Source: a virus (Duplodnaviria > Caudoviricetes). Taken from it: a DNA stretch of 61,717 nucleotides. Of this stretch, positions 57,263 through 61,717 are shown in pieces. The first letter of the stretch is position 1, and every line of letters starts with the position of its first letter. The notes beneath the pieces are model-generated. The model searched no databases. It had not been told where the DNA came from and worked only from the letters and a program-made list of their open reading frames with translations. The stretch lies in IMG/VR virus record IMGVR_UViG_3300037634_001516, positions 1 through 61,717 of that record, one strand, 5' to 3'. A program made the position numbers and the translations under genes.

Positions 57263-57703
57263 ATGTCTGGCCTAGTAACACTGACACCTGCTGAGAGATT
57301 CGAAGTAGCCTTGTCTTTGGAACTGGGCATACCGATGTCTCGATTGAAAGAAGAATTAACATTACGAGAGTACGAAGTATATCAAAACTACTACGCTACA
57401 TTCGGAATAGGGCAGGAAGCCCAATACATCAGGTCTGCTACAGAGATAATCACTCTGGTGAGTCAAGTAGCAGGAGCACTAGGTAGCAAGGACGAGATAA
57501 ACCTTAGTCCTGATGATATTTACCCTCAGTTATCATATGACGATCCTAAGAAAAAGAAGAATCGTGGCGGTAACTCGGCAGTGGATTGGGATAATACTCC
57601 TGATCATTTGAAGAAACAATTGATCGAAACAGGGTTGTTCGATGAAGACGGCAATCCTAGTGGGGCACACCACAATCCAATAGACCAATTACGCACACAA
57701 TAA
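57263..57703 (+). CDS. Tail assembly chaperone 2 (gpT-like)
   Basis: LSLELG..MSRL..ELT..EY; immediately before TMP. Confidence 0.7.
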   Translation: MSGLVTLTPAERFEVALSLELGIPMSRLKEELTLREYEVYQNYYATFGIGQEAQYIRSATEIITLVSQVAGALGSKDEINLSPDDIYPQLSYDDPKKKKNRGGNSAVDWDNTPDHLKKQLIETGLFDEDGNPSGAHHNPIDQLRTQ

Positions 57704-57721
57704 TAAGAATTAAAGGAGCAT

Positions 57722-60700
57722 ATGATGGCTGATTACACTAGTACAGTAGAGCTCAAAGCAAATACAGGCAAGCTCGAACAGAGTATGAAGAGAGTCAACG
57801 GTAATCTAGACAAGATGAATACCAGACTCAGAAGTTCTTCGGGACAGTTCAAGAAGACAACGACTTCTGCTGGAAGAGATCTCAAGAAGTTAGACACTAA
57901 GCTGTCTACAACTACAAAGTTGGTAAGCGGACTAGGAGCAGCATTTGCTGCCTTGGCTGCAGGAACTTACGGATCAGATTTGCTGAAACAGTTCTCTACT
58001 CTAGAGGATGGCCTGAAACAGATTGCCACACTAGGTGTGAAAGATCTTAAAAAGGTAGAGAAATCTGTTTTCAGAACAGCCAAGTTATACGGTTCGAATA
58101 TACAAGAAACCACTAAAGGCTATTACGACATTATATCTGCAGGAGCTTCTAGTGGAACTGCTGCGGTGGAACAACTGAATGCTGCTGCTAAGTTAGCTGC
58201 GGCTGGTAATACCGAACTTGCTGGCGCTATTGACGTAGTTACTTCTGGACTGAATGTCTGGAAAGACTCCGGAATGAAAGCGTCGGAAGTGACAGATAAG
58301 TTGTTCTTGGCTGTTAAGTTTGGTAAGACAACAGTAGAGGAGCTGGGCAGAACATTCGGCATGGTAGCTCCCATCGTCAAGACCGCTGGCGGTTCTATGG
58401 ACGATTACGCTGCATCTATGGCAGTGATCACAGCAGGTGGTATCGCGACCAACCAAGCCACAACAGGCTTAAGCGCAATCATGAGCAACTTGGTCAAGGT
58501 TACTCCAGCAGCTCGCAAAGAAGCAAAACGGTTAGGACTAGAGTGGGGAACTACTGCAATTCAAGCCGATGGATTCGTAGGTGTATTAGAAAATCTACAA
58601 CTAGCAATAGAAAGAGATACTTCAGCAGGAACGATGGCCGACAAGCTCGGCAAACTGTTCGATTCTAAAGAAGCTATCGGTTCTATCTCAGTTCTTCTAG
58701 ACAACCTAGATAAGCTAAAGAAAGTGCAAGGTGATATGGCAACATCCGCAGGAACTGTGGACGAAGCTTGGAAGAAAGTTGCAGACAATATGTCTATTCT
58801 GTTTAGTCGGGTCAGGAACTCAATAATAGAAGTTGAGATGACTATCACCCAGTTGATTATCAAGCCTTTGAAAGATATGGCGAAAAGCGTACTAGAGAAC
58901 GGTGAAGGTTGGAGAACAATCAAGAAGGTTATGGTAGCGGCCACTGCTGCAGCTACAGGATTCCTTGCAGTACTGTCTGTTAAAGCTATAAGAGCTATCA
59001 CTATAGCGATGGCTAACTTGACACGAGTTATGATAACTAACCCCTTGTTTATGGGATTGGTAGGAGCAGGCTACGGCTTAACAGTTCTCCTAGACCAGTT
59101 CGAGGCATTTGAAGGGAGATTCATGACATCTGTCGGCTTCATGTCGTTAGCATTCGAGAACTTTATCTACAAAATACTGAACTGGGCAGGGATCAAGCTG
59201 GGAAGTGTTTTTGACCCAGTATCAGCTGCTTGGGATGCTTCTTTAGCGTCTGCCTTAGCGATAGCTGAAGCTACAAGAGATGCCATAAAAGAACCTATCA
59301 AAAAAGCTCATGAATATTTAGAGGGACTCGATTGGTTAACACCTTACGAGAAAATATCTACTGCGGCTGCTAAAGTATGGGATGTGGCCAAACAAGGGTA
59401 TGATGCAATAGCTAGTGGTGTGGAAACCGCTTATACCTACTTAGAGGGACTCGATTGGTTAACACCTTACGAGAAAATATCTGCTGCAGCTGCTAAAGTG
59501 TGGGATGTGGCCAAACAAGGATACGACGCAATAGCTGGTGGTGTGGAAAAAGCTTATGCCTATTTAGGTACTCTTGATTGGTTAACACCTTACGAGAAAA
59601 TATCTGCTGCGGCTGATAAAGCATTTGATGTCGTCAAAGATGGGTATGACCTTATCGCTGCTCCTGTGGAGAAAGCGTACAACAAGCTTGTTTCACTTGA
59701 TTGGTCTGCCTTATGGACAAGTTTCATTACAGAGTCTGGTGCTGTTTACGATTTTGCTTTAGATTTCTACGACTTAATCGCTGGCCCTGTTGATAAGGCC
59801 GTCAATTATATTTCTAATATAAATTGGTCTGACATGTGGGGTGATCTAAGCTCTGGAATAGACTCTGTCAAGAAATGGTTCAATGATATGTACATATATC
59901 TGGTAGGCAACTCTGTTGTTCCAGATATGGTGAACGAGATTATGACGTGGTTTGGAACGATGGCTAATGCCGTGGTTGCTACTACGATCAGTATTTATAC
60001 TTCGATCACTGACTGGTTCACAAAGATGTACAACAAGGTTACAGGTTCTACTAAAGATACTGTAACTGAGATCAACGCTTCTTTGAGCGATGTGCACGGT
60101 TTCGACACTGATGACACTGACAGTATGTTTGATCCTGCGAAACTAGATGAAATGCTAAAATCTTGGGATGATCTGAGCATTAAGATGAAACTAGTAGTCG
60201 GTATTGCCGGAACTCTAGGGGCAGCATTTGTTACTGCTTTTGCTATTGCTAAGGTTACTCAGTTCAAGAACTCTATCAATGGCATGTTTGACACCTTCAG
60301 GAACTCTACAAAAACTATTTCAGGTAAGCAGGGCTTACTGAATAAGATAATGTACGGAACTGAAGGCGGTGATCGCAGAGCTGGTGGAGAAGCAGCCAAG
60401 CTGGATAAGAAAGCAAAGCTTCTTGATCAAGGTGTGAAGTATCGAGCTGCTAAGACAGCAGCTGAAAGAAAGGCTGCACTACAAGGTTACAGCTTATTCG
60501 AGCGGAGTCAGATCAAAAAGAACGCTACTCTACGTACTGCGATTATGCAACACCAAGCCGCAAACGCTAGATCAGAGATGGTCAAGTTACAAGGCAATAT
60601 GCAAGGTCGTGGAGCATTCTCTCGAGCTTTATTCGGCAGAGGTTCTAAAGACACCTTATCTGCTAAAGTAGCAGGATTTGCAGGACAAGCTAGGAAGTCT

Positions 60701-61717
60701 GTTGTGGGAGTATCCACAGTAATCGCTAAAGGTGCCAAAGGTGCTATGCATAAAGCTACTTTCGGGTTCACAGGTGCTACTGGTATAAAAGCCAATATTG
60801 CTGCTGTCGCAGCCTCGGTGAAGCTCACTGCAACATCTATGGCGACTGGTCTTGGCAGAGGTGCTATGGCCCTTGCAACTTTCGGCAAGAAAGGTATTGG
60901 TGGTCTTAGAGCTAAGCTAGCGAGTTTCGCTGCCTCTGTTAGGGCTACTTCTGCAAGCTTGAAGCTTAACTTGCAAGCTAGATCTCTCTCCAATTTAATG
61001 TTGTTCGGTAAAACAGGCAAAGCTGGAGCTGTGTTAGGATCTTGGACTGCATTTAAAACTAAGCTTACAGGCAAGAACGCTAAACTGTTCGGTGCTGGTG
61101 CTTTAGGTTTGGCAGGACTTGCTGTTGCAGGTACAACTGCTGCAGGTGGATTAGACGGAGTTAAAGAGAAGTGGGACAAGTTCACACAAGATCTTTCTTT
61201 CGATAAGATAAAAGAAACAGCTACTAACGCTTTTGCAGAGTACGGCACTGATGGTCTCATGATGTGGGCCATGTTCGGTGCTCCTGGATCTGGTCTGATA
61301 GTATCTGGAATAGCTGCTGCATTCACAGGTCTCAAAGCTGCACTAATGTTAACTTTGGCCCCAGCACTTGGGTGGCTTGCTTCAACTGGTGCAGCAATTT
61401 TGGCTGGCCCAGTAGGTTGGATCGGTATCGCATTAGCAGGTATTGGATTAGCTATTTACACACTGTGGCCTAAGATCAAACCTGTATTCGACGAGATGTG
61501 GGAGAGTTTGAAGACTTGGTTCTCTGAGATAAAATGGATAGAGGGGTTCACAAAGATAGGAGATATCCTACTTTGGCCTGAGATTTCAGGTGCATTCGAC
61601 ACTATGTGGACAGGCATATCGACATTCTTTACAGAAATAGATTGGTCTGGCATATGGGATGGATTGTGGGCTAGCGCTACTGATATAACTAAAAAGCTAG
61701 CTGACAAACTAAACCCA
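57722..61717 (+). CDS. Tail tape measure protein (truncated by the window end)
   Basis: AAGGAG RBS; TP901-type core YDIISAG...AAKLA.AG...DKLF.AVKFGKTTVEEL; Trp-periodic repeats; frame appears open to the end. Confidence 0.92.
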   Translation, partial: MMADYTSTVELKANTGKLEQSMKRVNGNLDKMNTRLRSSSGQFKKTTTSAGRDLKKLDTKLSTTTKLVSGLGAAFAALAAGTYGSDLLKQFSTLEDGLKQIATLGVKDLKKVEKSVFRTAKLYGSNIQETTKGYYDIISAGASSGTAAVEQLNAAAKLAAAGNTELAGAIDVVTSGLNVWKDSGMKASEVTDKLFLAVKFGKTTVEELGRTFGMVAPIVKTAGGSMDDYAASMAVITAGGIATNQATTGLSAIMSNLVKVTPAARKEAKRLGLEWGTTAIQADGFVGVLENLQLAIERDTSAGTMADKLGKLFDSKEAIGSISVLLDNLDKLKKVQGDMATSAGTVDEAWKKVADNMSILFSRVRNSIIEVEMTITQLIIKPLKDMAKSVLENGEGWRTIKKVMVAATAAATGFLAVLSVKAIRAITIAMANLTRVMITNPLFMGLVGAGYGLTVLLDQFEAFEGRFMTSVGFMSLAFENFIYKILNWAGIKLGSVFDPVSAAWDASLASALAIAEATRDAIKEPIKKAHEYLEGLDWLTPYEKISTAAAKVWDVAKQGYDAIASGVETAYTYLEGLDWLTPYEKISAAAAKVWDVAKQGYDAIAGGVEKAYAYLGTLDWLTPYEKISAAADKAFDVVKDGYDLIAAPVEKAYNKLVSLDWSALWTSFITESGAVYDFALDFYDLIAGPVDKAVNYISNINWSDMWGDLSSGIDSVKKWFNDMYIYLVGNSVVPDMVNEIMTWFGTMANAVVATTISIYTSITDWFTKMYNKVTGSTKDTVTEINASLSDVHGFDTDDTDSMFDPAKLDEMLKSWDDLSIKMKLVVGIAGTLGAAFVTAFAIAKVTQFKNSINGMFDTFRNSTKTISGKQGLLNKIMYGTEGGDRRAGGEAAKLDKKAKLLDQGVKYRAAKTAAERKAALQGYSLFERSQIKKNATLRTAIMQHQAANARSEMVKLQGNMQGRGAFSRALFGRGSKDTLSAKVAGFAGQARKSVVGVSTVIAKGAKGAMHKATFGFTGATGIKANIAAVAASVKLTATSMATGLGRGAMALATFGKKGIGGLRAKLASFAASVRATSASLKLNLQARSLSNLMLFGKTGKAGAVLGSWTAFKTKLTGKNAKLFGAGALGLAGLAVAGTTAAGGLDGVKEKWDKFTQDLSFDKIKETATNAFAEYGTDGLMMWAMFGAPGSGLIVSGIAAAFTGLKAALMLTLAPALGWLASTGAAILAGPVGWIGIALAGIGLAIYTLWPKIKPVFDEMWESLKTWFSEIKWIEGFTKIGDILLWPEISGAFDTMWTGISTFFTEIDWSGIWDGLWASATDITKKLADKLNP
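59315..59683 (+). repeat. Three tandem 123-bp (41-aa) repeats inside the TMP gene
   Basis: Units start at 59315, 59438 and 59561 (YL..LDWLTPYEKIS.AA.K..DV.K.GYD.IA..VE.AY). Confidence 0.9.

Noticed and set aside
57230-57265. Programmed frameshift between the tail chaperones
   Set aside because: No XXXYYYZ slippery heptamer; the second ORF is in the +1 frame with its own ATG and only a short open stretch upstream
1548-61707. Numerous minus-strand and alternate-frame ORFs in the track, including 60508..61335 (275 aa)
   Set aside because: They lie antisense to or inside well-supported + strand genes, lack RBSs and motifs, and reflect codon bias
1-61717. Prophage or lysogeny module, or alternative genetic code
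   Set aside because: No integrase or repressor seen; all long genes are intact in code 11 using all three stop codons

Overview
A 61.7 kb segment of a lytic tailed dsDNA phage genome with siphovirus-type structural genes; all credible genes are on the + strand and the host cannot be determined from the sequence. Gene order: (1) early small genes, including a T3-type SAM lyase, two paralog pairs and two type II hammerhead ribozymes; (2) a T7-type single-subunit RNA polymerase; (3) a T7-like replication set (primase-helicase, PolA, SSB, 5'-3' exonuclease, endonuclease I) interleaved with a phage ClpX/ClpP pair; (4) nucleotide metabolism genes (class II RNR, MazG, dUMP hydroxymethylase, nucleotidase, kinase) and 2 tRNAs; (5) accessory genes (M17 aminopeptidase, Ntn amidotransferase, GNAT, SbmA, MotA/ExbB-ExbD-like pair, 2OG-Fe oxygenase) ending in a thymidine-hypermodification pair (amino acid:DNA transferase and 5hmU DNA kinase); (6) TerS, a 1.1 kb repetitive non-coding spacer, TerL, portal, head and tail genes, and a tape measure gene cut by the window end. 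The standout is a second T7-type RNA polymerase fused behind a MuF head-morphogenesis domain in the head module, a candidate virion-packaged RNAP, in a phage that probably also hypermodifies thymidine. A conserved ~23-bp promoter-like motif occurs 8 times, and several unexplained structured intergenic elements are present. All calls come from motif recognition by eye; no searches were run.
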